Shown one piece after another: positions 1-8,286 of a stretch of DNA of 43,245 nucleotides; position 1 is the first letter of the stretch, and each line of letters begins with the position of its first letter. Source of the stretch: an uncultured Muribaculaceae bacterium (GTDB lineage: Bacteria; Bacillota_I; Bacilli_A; RF39; UBA660); NCBI GenBank assembly GCA_964465805.1, contig CAYXLG010000005.1, positions 1-43,245 on the forward strand. Direction: 5' to 3'. Under the pieces are notes generated by a model that worked only from the letters and a program-made list of their open reading frames with translations, searched no databases and was not told the origin of the DNA. The translations under genes and the position numbers were made by a program.

Positions 1-421
1 CCATTAAAGCATAACATGATGAAAAAATATACAAACTATTATTTTTATTATGTTTGCTTTTTAAATAACTAAACATTGTTAATCCGGCTAAACCAATTTT
101 CAAACTAATAATTAACAAGATAGCATTATCTAACGATTGTTCAGTAAAAAAGATAACAAGAAAATTTAGAGGACTTGCTAAATAATAGGCAAATGTTCCA
201 AGCATGTTGCCACCCATACCTTTGGAAAACGAATAAAACAAAGACTCTTTACCAGAAAATACATTTTTTAAATAAGAAAACAATGAAATATACTGTGCTT
301 TAAGATCACTTGTTAAAAAATTTTTAGTTCCCCAAAAAATTATATTAGTAGTACAACATGTAAGAATAAATATTGTAAAAGGAATAAAAAAAGATATAAT
401 ATATTGTTTGTTTTTTTTCAT
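1..421 (-). CDS. YfhO-family integral membrane protein (putative glycosyltransferase), N-terminal part; the gene runs off the left edge
   Basis: Absent from the ORF track because it is truncated. The reverse strand from ATG 421..419 reads MKKNKQYIISFFIPFTIFILTCC...DLKAQYISLFSYLKNVFSGKESLFYSFSKGMGGNMLGTFAYYLASPLNFLVIFF... I checked codon by codon that it stays open to position 1. The pattern matches my memory of YfhO N-termini. Confidence 0.65.
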   Translation of the reverse strand, partial: MKKNKQYIISFFIPFTIFILTCCTTNIIFWGTKNFLTSDLKAQYISLFSYLKNVFSGKESLFYSFSKGMGGNMLGTFAYYLASPLNFLVIFFTEQSLDNAILLIISLKIGLAGLTMFSYLKSKHNKNNSLYIFSSCYALM

Positions 422-484
422 ATCATTACCTCACAATCATATTATACCTTAAAATTTATAAAAAATAAACAAGCGATTTATCAT

Positions 485-515
485 TAAAAAAGCACAACAA
501 AATAAATTGTGCCTT
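485..515 (-). terminator. Rho-independent terminator candidate downstream of the pilin gene
   Basis: GCACAA (492-497) pairs with TTGTGC (507-512). The A-run on the + strand at 485-491 gives a U-tract on the minus-strand RNA. Confidence 0.45.
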
Positions 516-528
516 TAAACTTTAAATA

Positions 529-897
529 TTAAGAACGTGATACTGTACCGTCAGGCTTTACAGTAAATACGTAATCACCAAATTGAATAGTACCATCAAT
601 CACCATACCATTACTAATATTAACAGTAATCTTATCCGGTGCTTTCCCACGAATTGAAATTCCAGCTGGATCAGTAAAAGTAGTATTCATCAAAGAAGTA
701 TCATCCTTAAGTTGTCTTGCCATAACTTCTTTTTCAAGAGCATCAATATATCCCATCGCACTATTCTTAGCCGCTCCCACTCTAGCATCTTCAATAAGAT
801 TCAATACCGTTGGCGTAGCAATTAACATAATAATAGCTAATATAACAATAACAGCTAATAATTCAATTAAAGTAAAACCCTTTCTATCTAATTTCAT
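529..897 (-). CDS. Type IV pilin / competence pseudopilin (ComGC-like) with a prepilin N-terminal cleavage/methylation motif
   Basis: MKLDRKG|FTLIELLAVIVILAIIMLIA is a canonical class III signal (G-FTLIE). I moved the start from track position 936 to ATG 897 because GGAGGG (rc of 905-910) lies 7 nt upstream. The product is 122 aa. Confidence 0.85.
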   Translation of the reverse strand: MKLDRKGFTLIELLAVIVILAIIMLIATPTVLNLIEDARVGAAKNSAMGYIDALEKEVMARQLKDDTSLMNTTFTDPAGISIRGKAPDKITVNISNGMVIDGTIQFGDYVFTVKPDGTVSRS

Positions 898-926
898 TAT
901 AATTCCCTCCTCTATTTTATACATCA

Positions 927-956
927 AATATACCACAAATTTAATAGACTAGTCAA
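927..956 (-). promoter_or_regulatory. Sigma-A type promoter candidate for the pilin gene
   Basis: The minus strand reads TTGACT (rc 951-956), an 18-nt spacer, then TGgTATATT (rc 927-935), which is an extended -10. Confidence 0.4.
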
Positions 957-1160
957 TACCTTTTGGTAAGTATGACCATTTTTCTTATTAAATAGTTCAA
1001 TAATATTATTAACACATTTTCATAGTATATACTATTTTTTATTTTTACTTTTCATTTTTTTCGCGAATTAACAAAAACATAAATGTTCAGCTATAATAAC
1101 ATTACCTATTGAGTTTATCAAATAATTTCACATTTCCCTCCTATGGTTAAAATTATACAA

Positions 1161-3719
1161 TTAATCAATTAATTTTTTATTAATATTTTTAAGTGCAATT
1201 TCCTCTTCTTCTAACTTTTTAACTTCTTCATCAATAATATTTTTAGGTGCCTTATTAAGATATCCAGTATTTGCCAGTAATTTTTGACGACGTGCAATTG
1301 ATTTTATTAATTTTTGTTGTTCTTGTTTCAACGCTTCAACGTCAACTTTATCATCTTTTCCAGCATAGCCAATAATAATACCACCATAAGTTAATGGAAT
1401 ATCAATTTTATTCATATCACTAACTATTTCATCAGCAATATTACATTTTAACAATTTTTTAAAAATATTAACATTATCATTTATTAAAAATTTATGATCA
1501 TCATCTAAATTATTAACTAATAAAAAACCAGCACTAATATTTTTTTCATTTTTAATATTTCTTACTTTAGTAATTATTTCAATAATTTTGTTAATATTAT
1601 TAACATCATCACTAAATTCATACTCCTTATAGTACCTAGGATAATCACTTATCATTATAGAATCTAATGTATTAGGTAGTTTTTGATAAATTTCTTCTGT
1701 TACATAAGGCATGAATGGATGTAACATTTTTAAAATATTTTTTAAAACTAATAACAGTACATTCTTAGTTTGATTATTCATATTAGTTTTAGATAATTCA
1801 ATATACCAATCACAAAAATCATTCCATATAAAACTATATAATTCTTGACCAACGACATTAAATTCATACTTTTCCATATGTTTCCTTACAACTTTTATAA
1901 TTTTATTTTGCTTATCCAAAATCCATTTATCACTACTAGATAATTCTTTTACATTAATACTTGTTTCATCATAATTTTCTAAATTCATCATCACAAAACG
2001 AGATGCATTCCAAAGTTTATTAATAAAATTCCAAGTAGATTTAACTTTCTCTTCTTCATATCTTAAATCTTGACCAGGTGCAGTATTAGTTGCTAAGAAA
2101 AATCTTAATGCATCAGTACCGTAAGCATCAATAACATCCATTGGATCAACGCCATTACCTAGTGATTTACTCATTTTGCGTCCTTCTTTATCACGTATTA
2201 AACCGTGAATTAAACAATCATTAAATGGACGCTCATCTATAAATTCCAATCCTTGGAAAACCATACGACATACCCAAAAAGGTATAATATCATAACCAGT
2301 AACTAAAACATCATTAGGGTAATATCTTTCTAATAAAGTAGAATTTTCAGGCCACCCTAGTGTACTGAAAGGCCAAAGTGCACTACTGAACCAAGTATCT
2401 AAAACATCGTTATCTTGTACCCATCCATCTTCTTTTGGCGCTTCATAACCTACATAAACTTCACCATCTTTATACCAAGCAGGAATCCTATGTCCCCACC
2501 ATAATTGTCTTGATATACACCAGTCATAAGTTATTTCCATCCAATGATTTAATATTTTTTCAAATCTCTCTGGAACAAAATTAACCTTTGTTCCTTTATT
2601 TTTTTGATTTTCTAAAACCCTATTAGCAAGCGAACGCATCTTAACAAACCATTGTTTTGATAAATAAGGTTCAACAATCGCGTCACTTCGTTCAGAATGT
2701 CCCACTGAATGAACAATTTCTTCAACTTTAATTAACAAATCTCTTTTTATTAAGTCATTAATTAATTTTTCACGACATTCAAATCTGTCCATCCCTTCAT
2801 ATACACCTGTATTTTTGTTCATTGTCCCATCAGGGTTAATAACTACAACACGATCTAAATTGTGTCTGTTTCCCACCTCAAAATCATTAGGATCATGTGC
2901 TGGGGTAATTTTAACAACACCAGTTCCAAATTCAGGATCTGCATGTTCATCTCCTACAATAGGTATTACCTTATTAGAAATAGGTAATATTACATTTTTA
3001 CCAATTAAATGTTTATATCTTTCATCTGAAGGGTTAACAGCAACAGCAGTATCTCCAAATAAAGTTTCGGGACGAGTTGTAGCAATTTCTAGATATTCTT
3101 CACTATTTTCAATAAAATATTTTAAATGATAAAAAGCACCCTTTTCCTCTTTATAAATAACTTCCTCGTTAGATAAAGCAGTCATTTGAGCTGGATCCCA
3201 ATTAATAATTCGTTCCCCGCGATAAATCAAACCTTTTTTATAAAGTTCAACAAAAACATGATTAACAGCACGGCTTAATCCTTCATCTAAAGTAAATCTT
3301 TCTTTAGTATAGTCTAAACTAAGTCCTAGTTTAGACCATTGTTTTCTAATATTTTTGGCATATTCATCTTTCCAATTCCAAGCATGTTTCAACCATTCTT
3401 CACGATCCATATCACGAGGATTAATTCCTTGTTCACGAAGCTTTGCATCAACTTTGGCTTGTGTAGCAATTCCAGCATGATCCATTCCAGGTAACCATAA
3501 AGCATCGTATCCATCCATTCGTTTATAACGAATAATGATATCTTGAAGTGTCGTATCCCAAGCATGACCCAAATGCAACTTTCCAGTTACATTCGGTGGT
3601 GGAATAACTATACAAAAAGGCTTTTTAGATAAATCACCAGATTCAAAATAACCCGAATTATTCCAAGTTTCATATTTACCTTTCTCAACTTCTACATGAT
3701 TATATTTTTTTTCTAACAT
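1161..3719 (-). CDS. valS: Valine--tRNA ligase
   Basis: Class I aaRS motifs are present: [15 protein letters not shown] (HIGH) and KMSKS. The full-length ValS-like sequence has a C-terminal coiled coil. The start is set at ATG 3719 ([19 protein letters not shown]) with AAAGGAG upstream. The 24-codon track extension covers the T-box terminator. Confidence 0.97.
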   Translation of the reverse strand: MLEKKYNHVEVEKGKYETWNNSGYFESGDLSKKPFCIVIPPPNVTGKLHLGHAWDTTLQDIIIRYKRMDGYDALWLPGMDHAGIATQAKVDAKLREQGINPRDMDREEWLKHAWNWKDEYAKNIRKQWSKLGLSLDYTKERFTLDEGLSRAVNHVFVELYKKGLIYRGERIINWDPAQMTALSNEEVIYKEEKGAFYHLKYFIENSEEYLEIATTRPETLFGDTAVAVNPSDERYKHLIGKNVILPISNKVIPIVGDEHADPEFGTGVVKITPAHDPNDFEVGNRHNLDRVVVINPDGTMNKNTGVYEGMDRFECREKLINDLIKRDLLIKVEEIVHSVGHSERSDAIVEPYLSKQWFVKMRSLANRVLENQKNKGTKVNFVPERFEKILNHWMEITYDWCISRQLWWGHRIPAWYKDGEVYVGYEAPKEDGWVQDNDVLDTWFSSALWPFSTLGWPENSTLLERYYPNDVLVTGYDIIPFWVCRMVFQGLEFIDERPFNDCLIHGLIRDKEGRKMSKSLGNGVDPMDVIDAYGTDALRFFLATNTAPGQDLRYEEEKVKSTWNFINKLWNASRFVMMNLENYDETSINVKELSSSDKWILDKQNKIIKVVRKHMEKYEFNVVGQELYSFIWNDFCDWYIELSKTNMNNQTKNVLLLVLKNILKMLHPFMPYVTEEIYQKLPNTLDSIMISDYPRYYKEYEFSDDVNNINKIIEIITKVRNIKNEKNISAGFLLVNNLDDDHKFLINDNVNIFKKLLKCNIADEIVSDMNKIDIPLTYGGIIIGYAGKDDKVDVEALKQEQQKLIKSIARRQKLLANTGYLNKAPKNIIDEEVKKLEEEEIALKNINKKLID

Positions 3720-3950
3720 AATATCATTCTCCTTTAATTTATATAATAAAAAAACCACATCCAATTTAAGGACGTGATTACGCGGTACCACCTTAATTTA
3801 TAACCAATGTTATACACTCAACCATTTAACGCATAAGTTACGTACCAAAAGGTAAACTCCCTTGCAACCTTCAAATAATTTCATTATTAGTTTTCACCAA
3901 CCACTAACTCTCTATAAATTACATTACTTTACTCCTCAAGTTCATTGTTT
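3720..3950 (-). promoter_or_regulatory. T-box leader (tRNA-sensing riboswitch) with a probable GUU valine specifier
   Basis: The minus strand carries the T-box sequence AAGGTGGTACCGCG (rc 3781-3794), then a terminator hairpin. Stem I elements AGAGAG...GGTTGGTGAAAA are present. The candidate specifier GTT (rc 3866-3868) sits in GAAGGTTGCAAG. Confidence 0.85.
3748..3777 (-). terminator. T-box attenuator terminator
   Basis: On the minus strand, UCACGUCC-uuaaauu-GGAUGUGG forms 8 bp including G-U pairs, followed by U7 (rc of the A-run at 3748-3754). Confidence 0.7.
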
Positions 3951-3956
3951 TTATTT

Positions 3957-3984
3957 ATTATATCATTGTATTCTTAAAAGTCAA
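3957..3984 (-). promoter_or_regulatory. Sigma-A promoter of the valS leader
   Basis: The minus strand reads TTGACT (rc 3979-3984), a 16-nt spacer, then TGaTATAAT (rc 3957-3965), an extended -10. Confidence 0.6.
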
Positions 3985-4111
3985 CAAGTTATTTCATCAT
4001 CACAATAACTCTATAATTTATTATTTATAAATACAAGTTTTTACCTCGTTAACACTTGCCCATTTCATTATATCAATATAATGGTTATTATTTGATATAA
4101 TAAGTCAATAA

Positions 4112-5035
4112 TTAAAAATTATATCTATATTTATCAATTTTATATTCATAGTTAACTTCTCCTAAAGTTAAGGCTCTCTTATATATTTTGGCACTATATA
4201 AGTTCATGTCAGTTCGTACATTTTTAGAATTACCACCATATAAACCACTTCCTCCAAGTTGTATATTACCCATGTTACTAGGATACCCAAATTGATCTTT
4301 TTCTATAGCTGTTCTTTCTGCGACTTTATTACCATTAACATATAAATATTGTTTATTAATTGCTTTATTATAAACATAAGCAATGTGTTGAATGGCAAAA
4401 TCATTACTAGTATACGTCATTATACCAGTACCAGAATTATTTCTCATCATTGTACTTAAATTATATTGAGTTGTAATAGAGTCACTAGTTGACCAAAATA
4501 TTCCATAACCACTGTAATAAGTTGCTCCAAACATAGTTGATGAATCATATGATACACTTGCATTACCATCTGCTGTTACTTTATTAATTTTAACTAACAT
4601 GGTCATAGTAAAACTATCGTTAGCTGTTGCAAAATCACTAGCATAGATTCCTGTTGAAACTATGTCATTTACACCATCAAACTTTAAATAATTTTCTCCC
4701 CAACCACTATCAGAATTATAATCAAATGACAATAGACTTCCATCATTGTTATTTGTTAAATCCTTAAAAACATTGTTTTCTATTTCGTTATTCCCTATAA
4801 GATTGACATTCGTAATACCATCATAAAATAGAACCATATCTTTTTTTAAATAACTTTCCTCATTATAGATAGTAGTTTTATTGTCAATATTAGATAGCAC
4901 TTCTTTCTTCATTTTGTCTAACAAAACTTTACGAGTCGACATCATACTAAGTATTCCTGATAATAAAATCAAAAACATTAATAATGTAGCATAAAGAATA
5001 CCAGCAACAGCATAACCCCTATTATTCAATTTCAT
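4112..5035 (-). CDS. Membrane-anchored LamG (concanavalin-A-like lectin) domain protein with a ComGG-like pseudopilin N-terminus
   Basis: The N-terminus MKLNNRGYAVAGILYATLLMFLILLSGIL resembles non-canonical minor pseudopilins; compare B. subtilis ComGG RGFIYPAVLF. The C-terminal part shows LamG_3-type patterns: NYLKFDGVNDIV..., FTMTMLVKINKV..., LYSAKIYKRALTLGEVNYEY. Confidence 0.55.
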   Translation of the reverse strand: MKLNNRGYAVAGILYATLLMFLILLSGILSMMSTRKVLLDKMKKEVLSNIDNKTTIYNEESYLKKDMVLFYDGITNVNLIGNNEIENNVFKDLTNNNDGSLLSFDYNSDSGWGENYLKFDGVNDIVSTGIYASDFATANDSFTMTMLVKINKVTADGNASVSYDSSTMFGATYYSGYGIFWSTSDSITTQYNLSTMMRNNSGTGIMTYTSNDFAIQHIAYVYNKAINKQYLYVNGNKVAERTAIEKDQFGYPSNMGNIQLGGSGLYGGNSKNVRTDMNLYSAKIYKRALTLGEVNYEYKIDKYRYNF

Positions 5036-5050
5036 TCAATCACTCCATTT

Positions 5051-6289
5051 TTAATATTTAATTATTTCCAGTTTAACATTTTCATTTATTTTATCTGCTT
5101 TTATTTTTGGAATAACAATAGTGTCTTTATCACCATCAGATATATATCTTGTTTTTTCTAATATTTTGAAATTATGTTCAATATCAAAATCTTTTCCTAA
5201 ATTATCATACGCTCTTATTCTTTTTAAGTATAATGGATTAAAGTTTTTAGCAAATGGAGATAACTCACTTTCCCAACCAACCCTTAACGTTGATATAGTT
5301 TCATAAATATTATTATTATATTCACTTTTTAATATATGTGAAAAATTTTTATGTTCAATATCAAAAGGCGAGCCAAAAGGTAAGGCAACAACATTAACAT
5401 ATTTTTTAGGTATAATTTTGTCTAATGAATTATATAACTTACCGATTTCTTTCTCTACCTTTTGATCATCTATTTTTGCAAAATTACTATGTCCATAACT
5501 ATGATTTCCAATATCATATCCATTATCTACAAGCCACTTAAGTATCTTTTCATTATATTCTGGTTGTTCAAATAATCCTCCATTTAGAAAAAAAGTTGCT
5601 GTTATATTAAAATCAGGATATCTCTTCTTAAAATTCTCAAGTACTCCAACCGCTGAATTAGGATCAATTATAATATTTCCTTTATCATCTAAACCAGTCA
5701 CTCTAATATTATTTTTAAGTCCATCATCAAAAGTTAATACAATTGGACTTTTACCTTTTTCTACATCTATTATACCATTAACATAATCAATTAACCTAAT
5801 CATTCGATAATTATTTGTATAATAAAATTCTAAATCATTACGAAACGCTTCTACAGTTCTTTGATATCCATCTTTATCTACATTCCCTCCAGTATATGCC
5901 GTATCTTCATTTTTTAAATTATGTATTCCATGATACATCATAATAGGAACGTTACCAGATTCATCAACATCATGAGAAGAATAATATTCTTTACTAATTT
6001 TTCCCAATGAAACAGTCACTATTAATTCATTATCTTTTTCTATCTTTGTACCAATTTCAATACTTTGATTAATAATTTTCCCTTTTGGTATTTCTTTATT
6101 ATATTCTTCTTTAACTATTAATTTTAATTTTACTTCATTAGCATACTCTTTTATTTCTATTAAATTTTTATTACTTAAATCAATCATTTTATTTTCTTTT
6201 CTAACGAATATATTAATAACTACAATAATTGCTATAACTATTAATATTGCAATAAATATATTTTTATATTTCAATCTTCTCTTTCTCAT
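5051..6289 (-). CDS. Membrane-anchored PASTA-domain polysaccharide deacetylase (NodB/CE4, PdaC-like)
   Basis: An N-terminal TM helix (IFIAILIVIAIIVVINIF) is followed by a PASTA-like segment (IDLSNKNLIEIKEYANEVKLKLIVKEEYNKEIPKGKIINQSIEIGTKIEKDNELIVTVSLG). CE4 motifs follow: MMYHGI, LTFDDG and GNHSYGH. Confidence 0.8.
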   Translation of the reverse strand: MRKRRLKYKNIFIAILIVIAIIVVINIFVRKENKMIDLSNKNLIEIKEYANEVKLKLIVKEEYNKEIPKGKIINQSIEIGTKIEKDNELIVTVSLGKISKEYYSSHDVDESGNVPIMMYHGIHNLKNEDTAYTGGNVDKDGYQRTVEAFRNDLEFYYTNNYRMIRLIDYVNGIIDVEKGKSPIVLTFDDGLKNNIRVTGLDDKGNIIIDPNSAVGVLENFKKRYPDFNITATFFLNGGLFEQPEYNEKILKWLVDNGYDIGNHSYGHSNFAKIDDQKVEKEIGKLYNSLDKIIPKKYVNVVALPFGSPFDIEHKNFSHILKSEYNNNIYETISTLRVGWESELSPFAKNFNPLYLKRIRAYDNLGKDFDIEHNFKILEKTRYISDGDKDTIVIPKIKADKINENVKLEIIKY

Positions 6290-6388
6290 TAAATCTTCCT
6301 TACTACTATTATTATCATTATTTACTATATTAAAAGGATATCATTTTTTTATTGCTTTTTCAATAACATTACTCTTTAATATAATTAA

Positions 6389-6415
6389 AAACTCATATTA
6401 TAAAAATATGAGTTT
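6389..6415. terminator. Bidirectional hairpin, likely terminating the spoVID-ysxE transcript
   Basis: AAACTCATAT (6389-6398) pairs with ATATGAGTTT (6406-6415). That is a perfect 10-bp stem with a 7-nt loop and A/T-rich flanks. Confidence 0.5.
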
Positions 6416-6474
6416 TAATAAATTATCACCTATGTAGCATTTTTTATTTTGAATAAAATATATTAGGTGATAAA

Positions 6475-6615
6475 ATGTTTACTAATACTAAGCAAATACT
6501 TAAATATATTTTTCTAATACTAATTTTTCTTTTTATGTTGAAAAATTTTTTTGGTTTATTTAAACTATTAATTATTTTTTTCTTAATTCTTTATCTCTTT
6601 AGAATAATAAGGTAA
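6475..6615 (+). CDS. Possible 46-aa hydrophobic mini-protein (low confidence)
   Basis: AGGTGAT precedes ATG 6475 by 3 nt. The product is MFTNTKQILKYIFLILIFLFMLKNFFGLFKLLIIFFLILYLFRIIR. It overlaps the ysxE-like 3' end convergently by 33 nt. AT-rich DNA easily produces such ORFs by chance. Confidence 0.2.
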   Translation: MFTNTKQILKYIFLILIFLFMLKNFFGLFKLLIIFFLILYLFRIIR

Positions 6616-7488
6616 AACTACGCTACCTGTTTTATATATATAATCCATTTTCTTACCAACTTCACGACAGATATCATACTCTCTACCATTTAATTCAATT
6701 TTATCGGGTAAAGACATTAAAATAAATAACAATTTTCTTTCTTCTTCTAAAAGTGGATAACTTTTTTCATAATACTTTAAAATTTCAGAAAATTCATAAT
6801 CCAAACAATGTTTTTTATATAACTTATATATATCGAAAATAGGTATACCTTCTTTTGCTTTATTCCAACTAATTAAATAAGAATTTTTGTTTCTTATAAA
6901 ATGATCAATCTCTAAATTATTATGCAAAACAACAAAACGTTGTTTTCTTTTTTCTTTAATTAATTTATACCAATTTTCTATTTCTTCTTTACAAAACCCT
7001 AGCGCTGAATAAATTTTTGAAATATTTCTAATAAGAGTATATTCGGATGGACTCATATAAACTTTTGTTTCAATATATGTTGCCAAATCATTATAATATC
7101 CATATAAATATTCTATATTATTAGTAACATCTTCATAAATTTTTTTATAATCAGACTCATCTACCTCTTTATAATATGTAGTTTTATTATGAAGCAAACT
7201 AACCAAATTAATCATATCAATCATCTTCTGATCATCAGGCATATCAACTCTATCAAGATATTCTGTAATTTCAACGTCATCATCCCAATCACTTAAAATT
7301 TTGGGATAATAATTAAAACTTCTGGAATCTAAGTAATTGTAAATATCACTCGCCCTACTATCACGTTCCTTAGGTTTTAAAACACATTTTCCATCTTCAG
7401 TTTCAACTATAATAACCTTACCAACAAACTCATAGCGCAGAGGTTTTAAATTGTATTTTTCTAAAATTTCATTAATCTTCCTCATCAT
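6583..7488 (-). CDS. ysxE: YsxE-like spore coat protein (CotS/aminoglycoside-phosphotransferase-like fold)
   Basis: The size, a kinase-like central region (FVVLHNNLEIDHFIRNKNSYLISWNKA), and the position immediately downstream of and overlapping a SpoVID-like gene match the B. subtilis spoVID-ysxE arrangement. Confidence 0.55.
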   Translation of the reverse strand: MMRKINEILEKYNLKPLRYEFVGKVIIVETEDGKCVLKPKERDSRASDIYNYLDSRSFNYYPKILSDWDDDVEITEYLDRVDMPDDQKMIDMINLVSLLHNKTTYYKEVDESDYKKIYEDVTNNIEYLYGYYNDLATYIETKVYMSPSEYTLIRNISKIYSALGFCKEEIENWYKLIKEKRKQRFVVLHNNLEIDHFIRNKNSYLISWNKAKEGIPIFDIYKLYKKHCLDYEFSEILKYYEKSYPLLEEERKLLFILMSLPDKIELNGREYDICREVGKKMDYIYKTGSVVLPYYSKEIKN

Positions 7489-8209
7489 TTTTTGCTGGAA
7501 TAATTAATTTGTCACCAATATTTAATGCATCAATATTATTATACACACCTAGTTCTTCTTTGGTAACTCCGTAATTTTGAATTAATAAATCTAAAGTATC
7601 ACCTTCTCTAACAACATATATTTTGTAAGTTGTATAAGTTTCACTACTACTATCAAAATTATCAAATAAGGAACTAGCAACCTCTACTTGGCGATTATCC
7701 TCCATTTCTTCTTCCCCTTCTCTATTTTTGGTTATTTCCTCATTATCATTTTGTTCATCTGAAACAGTTTCTTCAATAATATTAGTTCTTTCTACTTCAA
7801 ACTCTTCTTTTAAAATTTCTTCCTTTTGATTTTCCTCAATCTTTTCTTCTAAAACCACTTCTTCTTGTTTTTCAATCAATGGTTTTTCTTCTAAACGGTC
7901 AACAATTACTTCGATATTAATTACTAAAATATTGTCGTTTATTATTTCATAATAAAAATCATATATATCTACAATAACGTTATCAATATTATATTTATCA
8001 TCTATACTAACTTCAAATGGTATATTAAAAGAAAACGACTCAACATTGACGCTAGTATCAACCATTTTATAATCGCCACTAATGATAAATTCTCCTGATA
8101 CCATATTATCTTTATCAACCTGTAAAGTATGTTCAAGTGAAATGCTTGTTATTTCTGATAAATTAGTTTTAAAAATAATTTCTTTTTTAAATGGAATTAT
8201 TTTTTTCAA
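7472..8209 (-). CDS. spoVID: SpoVID-like sporulation protein (N-terminal SpoVID domain, acidic linker, C-terminal LysM)
   Basis: The N-terminus KKIIPFKKEIIFKTNLSEITSISLEHTLQV resembles B. subtilis SpoVID (LQFSVEESICFQKGQEVSELLSISLDPDIRV). A highly acidic E/D-rich middle follows. The C-terminal LysM is YKIYVVREGDTLDLLIQNYGVTKEELGVYNNIDALNIGDKLIIP. The start is set at TTG 8209, with GAGGG 8 nt upstream; the track's GTG 8218 overlaps that SD. Confidence 0.65.
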   Translation of the reverse strand: MKKIIPFKKEIIFKTNLSEITSISLEHTLQVDKDNMVSGEFIISGDYKMVDTSVNVESFSFNIPFEVSIDDKYNIDNVIVDIYDFYYEIINDNILVINIEVIVDRLEEKPLIEKQEEVVLEEKIEENQKEEILKEEFEVERTNIIEETVSDEQNDNEEITKNREGEEEMEDNRQVEVASSLFDNFDSSSETYTTYKIYVVREGDTLDLLIQNYGVTKEELGVYNNIDALNIGDKLIIPAKNDEED

Positions 8210-8235
8210 AAATATCACCCTCTCTATTTCATTTA

Positions 8236-8263
8236 ATTATATGAGTGATTTTTTCAAATATGA
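8236..8263 (-). promoter_or_regulatory. Sigma-E-like (mother-cell) promoter candidate for spoVID-ysxE
   Basis: The minus strand reads TCATATT (8263..8257), a 13-nt spacer, then CATATAAT (8243..8236). The remembered B. subtilis sigma-E consensus is kmATATT, about 14 nt, CATACAhT. Confidence 0.35.
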
Positions 8264-8286
8264 AAAAAAGTAAAGCTAAACTTTAC
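8263..8286 (-). terminator. Terminator candidate for lon
   Basis: On the minus strand, GTAAAG-uuuag-CUUUAC (8286..8270, spanning the lon stop codon) is followed by U7 (rc of the A-run at 8263-8269). Confidence 0.5.

Noticed and set aside
898-936. 13-codon N-terminal extension of the pilin ORF (MVYLMYKIEEGII).
   Set aside because: It would bury the class III signal peptide. GGAGGG sits inside it at the correct spacing for ATG 897.
1102-1141. Strong SD-like GGAGGG (rc 1136-1141) just downstream of valS, followed by GTG and a 9-codon ORF (VKLFDKLNR).
   Set aside because: The ORF is too short and has no supporting features. It is likely a fortuitous or vestigial SD.
2815-3129. Antisense or nested ORFs of 60-136 aa inside well-supported genes. 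Track entries: 2815-3129, 5121-5306, 8082-8273, 9444-9647, 12454-12702, 13490-13792, 16639-16872, 17286-17480, 20401-20586, 21944-22132, 24284-24466, 27705-27911, 30658-30948, 31519-31920, 32631-32846, 33522-33749, 35244-35489, 35302-35493, 35521-35730, 39569-39811, 42147-42422, 42512-42922.
   Set aside because: Each lies opposite, or out of frame within, a gene with unmistakable family motifs. They have low-complexity S/L/I/F-rich translations typical of the reverse complement of AT-rich coding DNA. I saw no SD sequences for the ones I checked.
3720-3791. The ORF track extends valS 24 codons upstream ([24 protein letters not shown]...).
   Set aside because: This stretch contains the T-box sequence (GGTGGTACCGCG) and its terminator hairpin with a U-run. 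The internal ATG 3719 has a proper SD and gives the conserved ValS N-terminus.
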